64,000 nucleotides of DNA, taken from assembly GCA_013265495.1 (NCBI GenBank), contig MU062839.1, positions 8,904,210-8,968,209 on the forward strand, read 5' to 3'. Below the pieces are notes generated by a model, which did no database searches, was not told the DNA's origin, and worked only from the letters and a program-made list of their open reading frames with translations. Positions 36,494 through 49,579 of the stretch are shown piece by piece (the stretch's first letter is position 1; the number at the start of each line of letters is the position of its first letter). The translations under genes and the position numbers were made by a program. This DNA comes from Vicugna vicugna. Taxonomy: Eukaryota.

Positions 36494-37329
36494 GATACTT
36501 AGGTGCTGAGGAAGGACTCTCAAGCAACAGGCAGCATAGAGACACATGGGTGTACATATTTTGTTAAGGGAATGAAGGTGATATATCCTGCCCCTCCCCT
36601 CTCCCACTGCTCATGATGGCAGGGGGTGCTGCCCCATCAATAAAAGCCACACACAGACAGTTCTGCAGTACCGTTCCAGGAAGAGTGTGCCTGCCTCCCT
36701 TACCTCTCCTGCCTCTCCCTGCTCCAAACCTGAGGGGTCAAACCTGCAACTAAGAACAACAGCTCAAGGAGAGGAAACTGAGAAAAATGGACTCAATCTG
36801 CCTTTGACTTCATGCCGCAAGTATAGATTATTATATGGCACTGGACACCTTAATTACTGAACTGAGGCTGTTTTTCATTTGAACCGATGGAAGACTTTTA
36901 TTTATTACTTAGGAATGACCAGACATGTTGTTTGGCCTTTCTGAGTCTTCATTCAGGGACAGAGTGAGACAGATCCATGGAATCCACACTTAAAGTGATA
37001 GAGAAAGACGATAATAAAGGTACTTGATGCTTACAACCCATGAGCCATGCTTGTTTAGCATAACAGCTTCACATGATTCTGCTTTGAATGAAGAACCTTA
37101 TATTCTGGTGTATATTTCAGTCTCCCATGAACTTGGTTAATGTTCATCTGTGCCCCGTTAATTGATCTATATTGGATATATCAGCAAAAATCTGTTTTCA
37201 CTTTGTTTTGTTTGTTTATTTTCGGTCTGCAAAACTAAGGAGCAGTCCTGATAAATAGTGACACATCTAAGGTAACAGTATCTATATTTTATCTGTTTAC
37301 CTCTTCAAGTCCCAACACTAAGTAGGTAA

Positions 37330-37480
37330 ATAGTCATTCACTAGATCATTCCTTAACCATTTATTGAACACCTACTTTTCAAACTTCTGAGACATGACAG
37401 AGAGCAAAACAGACATTGTTCTTGCCCTCAGGGATGGAATATTCTAGTGGAGGTAGAAACTGACAAATAAATAAATATAG
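37330..37480 (-). mobile_element. L2 3' end
   Basis: ccatttattgaacacctac...aaaacagacattgttcttgccctcaggg...attctagtggagg. Confidence 0.7.
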
Positions 37481-38785
37481 CCAGATAGATTTTATGTCAG
37501 GTGGTAGTATAGGAGCAATATAAGGAAACAAAAGAAGATTTTGGACTCAATGTCCCCTATCAAGTGAAGCAGATTAGAATACTTCATGTGATGAGAAAAT
37601 GAAAACACCCAAAGACAAAAAATCAAAACCCACAAAACTTATCAAGTGTAATATTTTCCACATAGAATTCGTTCATACTTCTTAAGCTATCATTTTTAGA
37701 AAGAAATGCTTGATTTTTAACATCTTCCTGAATTTCTGAAACCCACCATATGCCCAGATTAAGACAACTTAATCTTGACTGACTCTTGAATATTGGTTAA
37801 TATCTTATTCTTTCTCTGGTTTCTCATTCTGGTTTCAAAAGTAATACATGTTAGTTAGAACTTGCAAAACACAGAGAGGAGATTAAAAATCATCTCTAAT
37901 CCCACTTTACTGTATTCTTGATTTGTTGTATTTCCAAATTCTTGCTCTCCTTCAGGGACAACAAAAGAAGAAGAAAATTAAAATGGATTGGAAACAAAAT
38001 TAGCAGGGGCTGTGGTTATACAGAATTTTTACTGTTACACGGTAAAATACAGGGGCATTGGCACGTTCTAGATTGTTTCTGGACTTTGGATGTTTTAATG
38101 GCACTCTGTATGAAAATACCCTACCTATTATTTTGTCGTTGTTGTTGTTGTGTTTTGAATTGTCACTCCCTAATAGAATTAGAAGGATCATTGAATCTAG
38201 AGCCTCCTATCCCCAAAAAACAGTGCAAAACATTAAAAATCTTAATTACTCCCTATGAACTTCAAAAACAAAGGGAGTGAAAAAGAGGGTGTCAGAATAT
38301 AATTACTATTGCTCAGGACAGAGAAGACTTGAGGAATTTAAAATTTAGACCAGCATTTTGGAAACACCAGTTTATAGATTAGAAATCTGAAGCTGAAACC
38401 TGGAAAGCTGGCTCAAATTTAGAAGCTAGTTACAACCAGGTGATTGACTGCTGTTTAAGCTTCTGATGGCTAATGAATTGCTTCATGCTAGTTACTAACT
38501 TCTAACTTAATCACGTTTTCATTTAAATGTTTTTCCTTTAGAAAGAGTAACCTTTTCCAGTTCATCTTGTAAGATTTTGGATGACCAAAGTCAAGTCTGA
38601 TTCCGATGCAATGACTTGTAGAAAATTTTATATACACTTGCTATTGTATGATTTTCAGAAATAATTTTGGGGTTGTGGAGTTAATTATCAATATGCAATG
38701 AACATTTATCCTGAACATAGAAAAATGATTTCCTATCCACATTTCCTTCATGTACTCACACTCACATACCCACACGCACATACTG

Positions 38786-38806
38786 ACACACACACACACA
38801 CACACA
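38786..38806. repeat. (AC)10 microsatellite
   Basis: Read directly. Confidence 0.95.
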
Positions 38807-39418
38807 TTTTTTTGGTTCTCCCTTTTGTTTCTTTTTCCCTGGAAAAAAGTTTTTAAAAGCTGAACAAATATCTTGGTGCTTTTGGATCAATTTTCCATTT
38901 GAAATAGCTCAGCAAACAGCCATCTACACCTGAGGGGTCCTTGGAACACACTCTTTTATGAAATTCCAGATTATAAAAGGGCTACTACAAAGAAAGTGGC
39001 AAGGGCCTAAGTGGATTTTAGGAGATTGAAGACAGAATTGAGAATCTGACATTATAATGAAAGGGAAGAAACAAAGCAATCAAGAAGAGTTAATAAGACT
39101 AAAGATAAGAATGCAATGTATAGGAATTAGACAAAAATGATTTTAAAAGGAAATACCATTCTCACTGTGTTGAACTGGCCTCCTATAACCGCAGCTGCAC
39201 TTATTAGGTATGAAATAAAATGCTTTTTTTAAAAGGAGCTCTTGATATGCCTTATCTTCCTTAGCATTTTAATGAAAATTGAAAAGACTACACAGGCCCA
39301 TTTTTTTTAAGTCAGCTGTACCTTTCTCTTCTTTCTTCCCTGAACCATTCTTGGCCAGTCCAAGACATTATTAGGATATTTTATTTGATCTTATGTCTTT
39401 CCAGGCAATGCATTATGT

Positions 39419-39614
39419 NNNNNNNNNNNNNNNNNNNNNNNNNNNNNNNNNNNNNNNNNNNNNNNNNNNNNNNNNNNNNNNNNNNNNNNNNNNNNNNNNN
39501 NNNNNNNNNNNNNNNNNNNNNNNNNNNNNNNNNNNNNNNNNNNNNNNNNNNNNNNNNNNNNNNNNNNNNNNNNNNNNNNNNNNNNNNNNNNNNNNNNNNN
39601 NNNNNNNNNNNNNN
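39419..39614. other. Assembly gap (196 N)
   Basis: Run of N; true length and content unknown. Confidence 1.
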
Positions 39615-41273
39615 GACTTTGCTTCTATGGGAAGATGGACTTAGTTATTAAAAGTGTCTCTTTCATTTAAAGTTCCAGTTAATATGCTATTAACTCAGCT
39701 CATCTCACCTCTTCTTGCAAGATCTCTTCATCTCTTAGTTACTTTTATTTTGGGGTGGAGAGTGTGAATGTTGGGGATTCAGATATGAAGAAACAGAGAC
39801 TTAAAAGTCAGAATTTTGAGGTTCAAATCAGGGAAAACTGTAAATGGCTGTATATTAATGATGCACACAATAGGGTATAAATATGTTGGGAGTAGCCCCA
39901 GGCAGATTAATAGTCTAGAAGTAATATCCTGAAAGTTAATAGGATAAAAGTGAAACAACAGTGGCGAAGCCTTGAAATTGTGGTTTAGTGACTAAGGAGA
40001 TCATTTAAAAGTTTAAGGCTTGAAATACTAACATAGCTACTGTCTTTGCTCACACAATGTCTTTTGTCATGTGCAGCGTCATTTACTGAGAGCACAGTCA
40101 GTTACATAAAGTTTTATTTCTCCTGCAGATTCTGAATCTTTCAGAGACAGACTCAAGTGTTATTTTCAGAAGGTTTGGCAAAAACTCTAACAGCCGTTGC
40201 ATCTTTCTGAATGCTTGTGCTTCGAATTGGCTGGGGGCCATTTTTAGCTTTTCAAATTAATAATTTGAAAAAGATGCAATGCCTATACATAATGACTTCA
40301 TCTTGTCTGCAGAAATGATTCAAAACAGCAGTTGCTACACGCAAGTTGGTCTCATTAAGTGAGATTTTGATGCAAGAGCACAGGTACTGGTGTCAGTGCT
40401 GCTGTTGGGTAACTACTTAACTGTGGAAATAATGGCAGAGCAGAAGGTATGAGAAGGCATTAACACTGATCGTTATTCTGCTGGGGGTTTTGCGTCTCCG
40501 CTCGATTTTCCCTTTGTTTTCCATTTGGAGCAGTGTACTGCACTTTAGCAAAATTCCTTAGGGCTTGCAAGAAATGTAATTGCTTTTTTTTTTAAGTCAG
40601 GAATTTGCTTTAAAGAACATTCTAAAGTTTTTAGGAAGATCTTTGTAGAGACCCTTATTTCACTCTATTGTCAGTTCCATCTCTTTGTTAAAATATCCTG
40701 ATGAATAGCGTTGATGTGTAAATTACTAAAAGGAAACAAACCAACAGAACAACCACACTCCCACAAATAAACAAAATATTGTAAATTATCTGGAAAGAAA
40801 TACATTTCTTCGGTGAACCCTTTTTGACTCTCATGTCTCTTAACTAGGTTATTGTATTAGATGCTAGCCAATAATTAGGTGTTCTGAGAAGATGCACAAG
40901 ATAAGGCATCCTGAATGTCACCTCAAACCCAGGAGGCATTCCCAGTTCTCTACACACATTTTGAAACAGTCAGGAGATCCAGATTTCCAGTGCCCTGAGT
41001 TATGACTGTATTCACAGGCATAACCCTTGTCTACCAAAGTAGACAGTCAGTTGGGAAATCCATTCCTGTTTTCAGTTTGACTCCACATAGTGTATATGCT
41101 GCCACTCTGTGTCTTTGATCTGTCCCTTGAACAGAAAATTCAGAGGTGGCAACTACAAAATTGAGTGAGACAGAAAAGTCACTACCAAAAAAAGAGGGGA
41201 CTCAAGGAACATTTCCGGAACAATAGAAACTGTCTCATGAAATGTTTACCAATGCTGGATGTGGACTTGATAC

Positions 41274-41525
41274 TTTTTTTTTTTTAATGTTTTAAAAAAT
41301 TATGGTGAAGTAGACATAACATAAATTAACTATTTTAACCATTTTTAAGTGTACATATAGTTTAGTGGCATTAAGTATATTCACATTGTTGTGCAGCTGC
41401 CACTACCATCCATCTCTAGAACTTTTCACCTTCCCCAATTGAAACTCTGTACCCATTAAATAGCTCCCCAGTGCCCCCAGCCTCTGGCAATTACCGTTCT
41501 ACTTTGTCCCTGTGATACTTGACTC
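41274..41525 (-). mobile_element. L1MB-type 3' end
   Basis: Poly-T then taaccatttttaagtgtac...gtggcattaagtatattcacattgttgtgcag...gaaactctgtacccattaa...cagcctctggcaa. Confidence 0.8.
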
Positions 41526-42013
41526 ATCTCAACAGTGCTGCCAACTCTAAGTATTCCTTGACTTCAGGAACTTTTTGTTGTTTATTTTTAAAACCCATCA
41601 GAGAAAATGCACAGCAGCTGGGGAAGGCAAAAACCTCCAGGGATCCATTTGAAAGAATGATTATGCCAATAATAAAGCCTGTGAAAGGAGTTATCATCCC
41701 CGAATGAGGCAGGCTCTCACCCAGGTTGTGCCAAACTTAAGGCAACATTTCTGCTTTGAAATGGCCGATGATAGAGAGCACATTTATGCTGCATATGGGA
41801 GAAGAATTCAATCCCCTGGGCCCAGAAAGCGAGGGCATGGAAATGGATGTCTCTGGGATCTGGCGAACAGTTATTATTGAGAGAGGAAGTGTTTGTTCTG
41901 GAGTCATTGTGATTGAAGTACCTTGGGGCCAGTTGGCTCATTTGTCTCAGTTTATCTAATTACCAGAGCAAGGTGAGGATTTGAAATGGCTTAAAACATA
42001 GAAATGAAGCCTA

Positions 42014-42126
42014 CTTGGGTCTCAAACTGGATGTGGTCCCAGTTCCATGAATGAAATGTAGTTGTTTTCCCCAACTCACTGTCTCCATTCCTCCCCAATG
42101 CCCCCACCTCCATGATAAACACAAAA
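42014..42126 (+). repeat. 113-bp dispersed duplication, copy 1
   Basis: Aligns ungapped to 43567-43679 with 3 substitutions. Confidence 0.95.
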
Positions 42127-43566
42127 TCCAAGTTGAAAAATAATTTACTTGGAAAAAGTAGAGAGTAGAGAAATACGATTAATAGCCAATCTGGAAAATT
42201 CTGATCATAGGAACAATGCTATTCCCTTAGTGGCAGAAAAGGACCATTTTACCCGAATCGTCTCAAAAATTATTTCAACTCATCACTTTCCTTTGCCCAT
42301 GTGGACACAACCTAAAGTTAAATCATGCCTCTGATCCCAAGGATATCATTCTGGAAAGTCTTACTTATAATATATATATTTAAAGAGCTAACAAGTGTGC
42401 AGAGTTTACACAAGAAGAAATAAGCACATAGGGACATGAATTTCATGCAAAGAAATAAAAAACCAGCTCTAAGAACAATTAATCTATCAGTCCCACTTAA
42501 ACATGCAGTAAACCATTTGTAGTTGCTCTTCCAAGGAAATTTTCACTGACTCAAGGGCATGAGTTCTCAAGTACATGCCAACTAAAGACAGGACATCAAT
42601 TTCTGTTCCCATGTGCAGTGCTAGGAACTTCTATCAAGGTTCTAGGGAGATCTCTTTTAGGACATGGGAACAGCTGAAGATATGATTTCTTTTTACATAC
42701 GGATATTGCTGAGCACTCAGGGGCCATAAAAGGAAAAAAAATCATAAAAATGAAAGACTTCAGTAGGTTGTTTGATATCACATATTAAATCATCATCACA
42801 GCAGAATGAATTTCTTTATCAGATTAACTGGGAATGGGACAATAGATTAATATATTTTGAAGTGGGGAAGGGGTCACTTAGAAAATCACAGGTATATAGC
42901 CAAGGAGGGCAGATGTCTTTGGAGGTATGCAGTAGGAGGCAGTGCTGAAAATGGGAAGAGATATAAAGGGACAATGGGAGGTGGTAAGGTCTCAAAGAGA
43001 AGCTAAGCACCCCCTCAACATGCTTCTAGCCCAGGGTTGTGGCTTTTGGCAATTCTCCACAATGTGGTGCTAATTGGACTGGTCCAGCAGGACTAATTCT
43101 ACAAGGCCACATGCATGGGATATGTCCAGAGAATTTCCCATGGAAGAAGGTGATTGATTAGAAGCAACCCTGGGAACATGGGGTAGCCTGTCACTCTGAG
43201 GCCTGGTTGCCCCAGTTTCTTTAGCTCTGAGGTGGGCTTCACAAGTACTGAGAATTGCTAAGCTTCCTTAGGAGAGACATGGAAGAGGAGTGCATCTTTT
43301 TCATTCTGTCTTGATGCTCTCTGAAGAGAAGATCTGTGCATATAAGCTGTGGATCATTAGATTAGCCTGGTGCCAGCCAACTGGAACAAAAGCTTCTATT
43401 AAAAGAGAACGTGCCCAGGCCATGTATGGCTGCCTTTGGGCTGGCTCCATAGTATCTAGTTCAATAGACTGTGGCTAAGTACCCAAGATTTGACTATCCT
43501 GACAACCTGTGTTGTATGAGTAATAGCAGCTAATGTGAGAAAAGGTTTGTTTAGACCACTTTCCTC

Positions 43567-43679
43567 CTTGGGTCTCAAACTGGATGTGATCCCAGTTCCA
43601 TGAATGAAATGTAGTTGTTTTCCCCAACTCACTCTCTCCATTCCTCCCCAATGCCCCCACTTCCATGATAAACACAAAA
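43567..43679 (+). repeat. 113-bp dispersed duplication, copy 2
   Basis: Aligns ungapped to 42014-42126 with 3 substitutions. Confidence 0.95.
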
Positions 43680-43764
43680 GCGTGAGCATGGGAAGCCTTG
43701 AAACTTACTGAACCCTGGCCTCATGCCATCTACGTGTGATATAAAAGCTGGATTGCCATTGGCA

Positions 43765-44010
43765 TTTGTGTGAAGAAGTGGAAGTCCAGTATGTGTCTTA
43801 AGAGCACAGACTTGAGTATTAGATAGACCTGGGTTTGAGCCTTGGCTTCTACCACTTACTGTGCTCAGCCTCAGGTAGGTTACTAAATGTCTCGGTGTCT
43901 CAGTCACCTCATCTGTAAAATGGAAATGATAATTATGCTTCAGTCATGGGATTGGTTGTGAGAATTAAGTGAGATAATATATGTAAAGCCTGGATACAGT
44001 GCCTGGCCTA
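43765..44010 (+). mobile_element. MIR SINE (near full length)
   Basis: ttaagagcacagacttgag...gacctgggtttgagcc...cctcatctgtaaaatggaaatgataa...gagaattaagtgagataatatatgtaaagc. Confidence 0.85.
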
Positions 44011-44019
44011 AGATCTTAT

Positions 44020-44110
44020 AGGATAAGCATTCTTATTACCCTCATTTTATAAAGAAGGAAACTGAAGCTCTGAGAAGATAAACAGATTTGCCCCTGGGGC
44101 CACCTGGTAG
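44020..44110 (-). mobile_element. MIR fragment
   Basis: attaccctcattttataaagaaggaaactgaagctctgagaag. Confidence 0.7.
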
Positions 44111-46269
44111 ATGTTATTACCCCTTCTTTCAACAGAAAGACTTAGTCACTTGTTCAAGATCACAGCCTCTGGCTCTTAAAACTAGGTGTGTTGGGATAGA
44201 ACCAGTGAGGGTAACATCTTAAAACTGACCTTCACACAAACACCTACAAACAGCAGGAGATGATTCATCTCTTCTGCTTTTCCATAAGGAGCCATTGTGG
44301 AAACTGAGTCCAGGCCTCCTTGGTCACAGGAGTAGGACACAGTAGGAAATAGGTCTGGTACTCAAGAATAACAAAGAGCCTGTCTTTTATATGTAGGCTT
44401 ATTTATTCAATAAGAATTGTTCATTCTGGACAATAAATGATTAGATAGCCATCAAATACTCCTCACCCCTGTTTGAAACTTCAAACAATTAACTGGTTGC
44501 TTTTTCTATTCAAACAAAACAAGTGATTTTGTAATTTTTTGTTTTTTTGTTAAACCAAATCAACTAGTTGTTTCAACATCCTTGTAAAAAGCCAGGGTTT
44601 CAATCTCCATATGGCCTTTGTATTGAGTGTCATGACCTAAGTCTAATTAGTGAAACAGTTGCTCTATTTGAGCTTCCAAACTGAATTAGATCCTTCCTCC
44701 CATCACCTCCTATTGAGTTGACCACTTCTGTTACTAGACCAACTAAATCAGCAGTTGCTTTAAATGTCAGTTTTCCCCCTACACCTTCCATGGCCATGAG
44801 TAATTGGCATCACGTCTCAGGTATTCTATCAGCAAAATAGGAAAACTGAATCCCTTCTTTACCTTCTATTTCAAGATAATGTTGGGAAAATTAATGGGAT
44901 ATGTAATGCAATTTTGAAACTATAAATTCACTTCCCTAAATATGTTCCCACTATTACTTTATAATAGACAGGTATTAGTATATGGTTTAACAGCGGTACC
45001 CAGGGCTTATTTGTTATATTGATTTTCTTCTGCCGCAGATGCACTGAAGTGCAATGTGTTACATACACTTGTGGCTTGTTTTTGTCATCTTTTGGGGAAA
45101 AGAATCATAGACAGAGCTATTTAATCTTGGGATTGGAAAAGATCTGAAAGGTGATATTGATGAGATATGAATGTTTAAGTACTTTCAGCTTTCTGAGCAG
45201 GAGACCAAATAAAAGCAAAGCATTCAATTTTAAAATAAACTCTGATACTACAAGTATTTCCCAAATACTTAGCACAGCACCTAGAAATATATATATTTAT
45301 TAATTATAAATGCCAGACAAGAGAATCTTTGGGTATATGATGCTAGCCATCTATATAATATTAAGATAAGCCACATTTGCAAATGGTTTAGTACTCAAAA
45401 CTGTCATTCATTTCCTCACTATAATATGTGTGCATCTTGTATTTCAGAATAAAGATTCAGAGAAACTATTCTTTTTCTAAATTGTGTTTGCTGGTAATAT
45501 TTTTCTTATCAAAACCACAACTTGCTGAGACATTGTCAGAAAACATTACAATTCACTCCTCATCTTGAACACAGTCCTTCAGATCATCTGGTGAGCTAAG
45601 CCTGCAGAGAGCTCTCCCCCACACAAGGTACCTTCCTGTCTCCCACAACCCTCACCCACATGCATCAGTACCACTGTGCTAGCTGCTTAAAGCACATGGA
45701 CTCACATTTCTCCAAACAGATTATAATCTCCTTGATGCAAAGCAAGCCTAAAAGAGGCTTCCAGTGCATACTTGGCTTCTATCCCTCACAGGGATAGATC
45801 CATGCTCTGGGCACATAGGAGGTGCCCAGTGAGTATTTACTCATCGATTACTCTGCAAAGGATGGAGAAAGTTGCCTTCTTCCTTTGTGAGACATGACAA
45901 ATATTTTCTCAGTAAATACATCATGATAAAGTATAGGCTTAGGTGGAAATAAGAGAACAACAGAGAATGGGGTCTATAGTTAATGGTTTAACCTTTTTCA
46001 TCAGAGATTTTTAAACATTTTATCCCCCAAACATTAAAGGCTTAAAAATGTGGTTTCAAGTACTCATCCAACTTGTAATTCATGGAATTGAAGTCTGTCC
46101 TTCCTGCCCACCCTCTAATACCCCTTTCCCATCCCTGCCTTGGCTCTTGACTTGCGAGTACCCTTTTTCTATGCTCCATCTTTGTCAAATTACCATCTTC
46201 CTGCCTCTGTATATTCTTGTGTTACAATGTCACTGTTAGTAAAGCCTTCCTCAGAATCCATACAAGTAC

Positions 46270-46830
46270 CATTATTTTAGGGGAAGTTAAGATATTTCCT
46301 AATGTAATATTAATATGTTCTCATTATAGAAAAATTTGAAAGTCAAAATATGGAAAGAAAGAAAATAAAAATTATTTATCTTTCTACACCCCAGAGATAA
46401 TAGCTGCTCGTATTTGGTGTTTATCATTTCTACTTTCCAGTCTATATCCTATTTTAATGCATTCTTTCTGTTTTACAAAATTAGAATTATACTGCACATA
46501 TTACATAAAAGCATTTTCTCAAAACAGTACTTTTTTTTTTTTTAACCACAATGACTCTAAACCTTTACTATGCCTAAGAAGTACTTGGGAAGGATGTTCA
46601 ACTGCCCATTCATAGGTTTTCTGCCCAGAGACCCTAAACCAATGAGTATTGAGTAAATCTAGAAATTTGTTATTTTCATAGTCACTCCTAACTTTCTCAA
46701 ACCATATCTTTCTTTTTCAAACCTTGCTTTATCAAATCATGTTTCTATTCTATGACATAATTTTTCATGGCTGCAAAGCATTCCTTTGTGCAGATGTATA
46801 CATAGTCCATAATTTATACTATCTTAAAAA
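46270..46830 (-). mobile_element. L1ME-type 3' fragments (degenerate)
   Basis: cattatagaaaaatttgaaag...ctacaccccagagataa...catggctgcaaagcattcctttgtgcagatgtatacatag. Confidence 0.5.
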
Positions 46831-48204
46831 TTCTTATTTTAGGAATTGCACATACACGTAGAATGAAGTTGAATGGTATGGGGAAAAGAAAGATCTCGAG
46901 TCCCAAAAAACTGAGATTTTTTGGGGGGTTGAAATTATTTTATGTGTTGATTTGATCTGCTCATAGATCCATTTTGTTTAAACTAACCCCCTGGATAAAT
47001 CCCAGAAACAAACACGTTCTTCCTGAATGTACAATGAGGTAATTTCTTGGGTGAATTTGGTTTGTGAGAATTACTTTTACAAAATTTTACAGAAATTAAA
47101 AATATGGTTACAAAATCCAGGTATAGCCCAAATATACTTGCACCAAAAATCTCAAGAAACTTCTATTGTTTTAAGCCCTTCTTACCTCTTTCTGATTCCT
47201 AGTTCCTTATCCAGACTGACTCTGTGCCTTTATCTGCAATGCCTCCTTGGATTTCTCTATATGTATATGCCATTTCTAATCATTCCAGAACATTTTTACT
47301 CTTAACATCTCCTTGTCTTATAAACTCTCCCCAACCATTCTTTTCTGCCATGATCTGAGAATCTCTGTGAGTGGATGCCATATATAACTTTTCAAAGGAT
47401 ATTAAAAATCCTGACAACATAATTAATGGATGCTTTAGTTAATGCCTGGCTGAGGTAAGGGAGGATGAGATAACACCAGGAGGATTGGGAGTCTGGTTTT
47501 CATGGTGTATTAACCAGCTGACCTTTCGTTAACTTTGGAGGCCACCCATATTTAAAGTCAGCTGTGGCAGAACTCTTGAGAACATTGCTTTCCAACAGGA
47601 CCCAACTGACTGACTTAACCTCTGCCTGAGTGGAGTTCATTGTTTACATCTGTCTGTTATCACAGGCCTCATGAAGACTGAGGAGGAGTCATGGGAGATG
47701 GCAGGGCCAATGAGGGCAGCAGGTATCTGGGAGCACTGTTTATAAATGATCACATTGCTGGATTTAATCTTTGTTTTAAGCCCTTCATTTTTAAGTAGCT
47801 GAATTTAAGGAAGGAAAATAGTTTATTTGTTTTTGGTGTGTACAGAGTATTCATCAAGTATAAATATCCTGGCCAAAGAGAAGACTGGAGAGCACATGAG
47901 TGATGGTGGTGGTGGTGATAGAAGTTCCAAAGGTTTCAGATGTTTAGACAGTTCATCTAAGAGGCTCCAGCTGCCTCACGACAGAGGCTCAAAACTTTAG
48001 CCCTTAAAGTGACCTATAATGAGACACCCAATTTCGAGGATCTTTATATTCCCAGTGATGAAAGCCCATGAGCATGAGCTTTTCCTACATGACTGCATGG
48101 TCTCCAGCCCATTTGAGCACATTGGACCATCTGTTCTGATATGAGGCAAGTTCGCAAGGAAAGAATCAGCCATCCCAGCCATTTTGCACATGACAGCATA
48201 ACTC

Positions 48205-48320
48205 TAAGAGGGTTAAGGAGCCCTCATAGAAGTGGATAAGGAAACTGTCCAAGATAAGACAGAATGAATCATAACCAGAATTTGAACCCAGATCTTACTT
48301 AGCTGCAAAATCTCTCTCAT
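48205..48320 (-). mobile_element. MIR fragment
   Basis: gtggataaggaaactg...ccagaatttgaacccagatct. Confidence 0.55.
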
Positions 48321-48789
48321 ATTTACATTTTGTCCTTCTGGTTCTTTCCTCTCTGCCTATTCACAGGGGAAAATTAACGCTTTGTAACTATCCATCACAT
48401 ATTTTGTCTTCTTTTTGTAACAACACTCTGGGTTATTTTTAGAGAATTACCTTTTCCCACTGAATACAAGCTGGTGGAACTATTAATTAAGATGACTTTT
48501 TCTAGGCCAATAAGATACTTCCTACACAAAATTCAAATTGCTTTGTGAGCAAAGCAATAAAAAGAATGGGAAACAACTGGTCTTCATTCATTCCAGCTGT
48601 TGCTCCCCAGACCCTTCTGGAGTTGAAGGGTTCTTGTTCTTTCCAAGCTGAGTTCCTCATTGCCAGGAGACAATTCTCTGACCTCCCTGACATCCTACCA
48701 ATAATACTGTGAGTCAGTTTCTGTTGCTTGCAAACCAAGAATCTAAACTGAAACTTACTTGCAACTCTGAATATGTTAAAGTTGAGTGT

Positions 48790-48930
48790 TTTCTAAACTC
48801 ACCTTATCTTAATATTAATCTAGGAAAGTTATAAAAAATATAGATTTAGGAGTTCCACCTTAGGCCCACTAAATCAGCATTTTCAGGAGTGAGGCCTGAG
48901 AAAACTGTTTCTTAGTAGGCTCCCAGGTAA
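48790..48930. mobile_element. MER5-type MITE (degenerate)
   Basis: aggcccactaaatcagcattttcaggagtgaggcctgag...aggctcccaggtaa. Confidence 0.5.
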
Positions 48931-48949
48931 CCTAATTTTTTCTAGAAAA

Positions 48950-49500
48950 ATTAATTTAATTTTTGACCTTTTTCTCCCTGATTTCTAATTCTAATCCATC
49001 TTCTGTGTGGGTCCCTTTCTGGATGCTTTCAGCCTACCAATGATACCATGCTGTACCTGTCTCTCTCTTACATTCCTTGCTCACTATATTTTTGAGATAT
49101 ATTTATATCAAACTGCTGCGTAGAATTTTATGATTTGCATGTATTGCATTTTGTTTATTCATTCCCCTATTGATGGGAATTTAACTGTTCCTATATTTTC
49201 CTAGTATAACCAACATTGTAATGGACATCCACCTTGGGTCACCCATTGAGAGTATTTCTATTATGTATACCAACTGTGGAAATGCTGGATTATAGGCTTA
49301 TACACAAAATTTAAGTTATTCAAAATTGCTTTCCATTAAATTGCACAATTTACTATAAGGGCATGAAGTTTACTGTTTCCTCCACATCCCTGGTGATGCT
49401 TAATATTACCCAACATTATATATATTTTTTTTATTTTGTCAGTCTGGTAGATATTAATGAGATATCATCATTCTAATTTGCCTTCCTCTAGTTATTATTT
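48950..49500 (-). mobile_element. L1ME-type fragment
   Basis: ttattcattcccctattgatgggaattt...attgtaatggacatcc...gctggattatagg...tgtttcctccacatcc. Confidence 0.55.
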
Positions 49501-49579
49501 CTTTATATGTTTATTAGTCCTCCAGGCTTACCTGCTATACCTGTTCACAGTCTTCACACATTTCTTTTTGGTTTACTTT

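Noticed and set aside
39385-39651. ORFs spanning the N-run
   Set aside because: Artefacts of translating N as X
41268-41520. tgatactt on both sides of the L1MB fragment as a TSD
   Set aside because: The right-hand copy can be explained as diverged L1 sequence, and the element is too old for an 8-mer to be reliable
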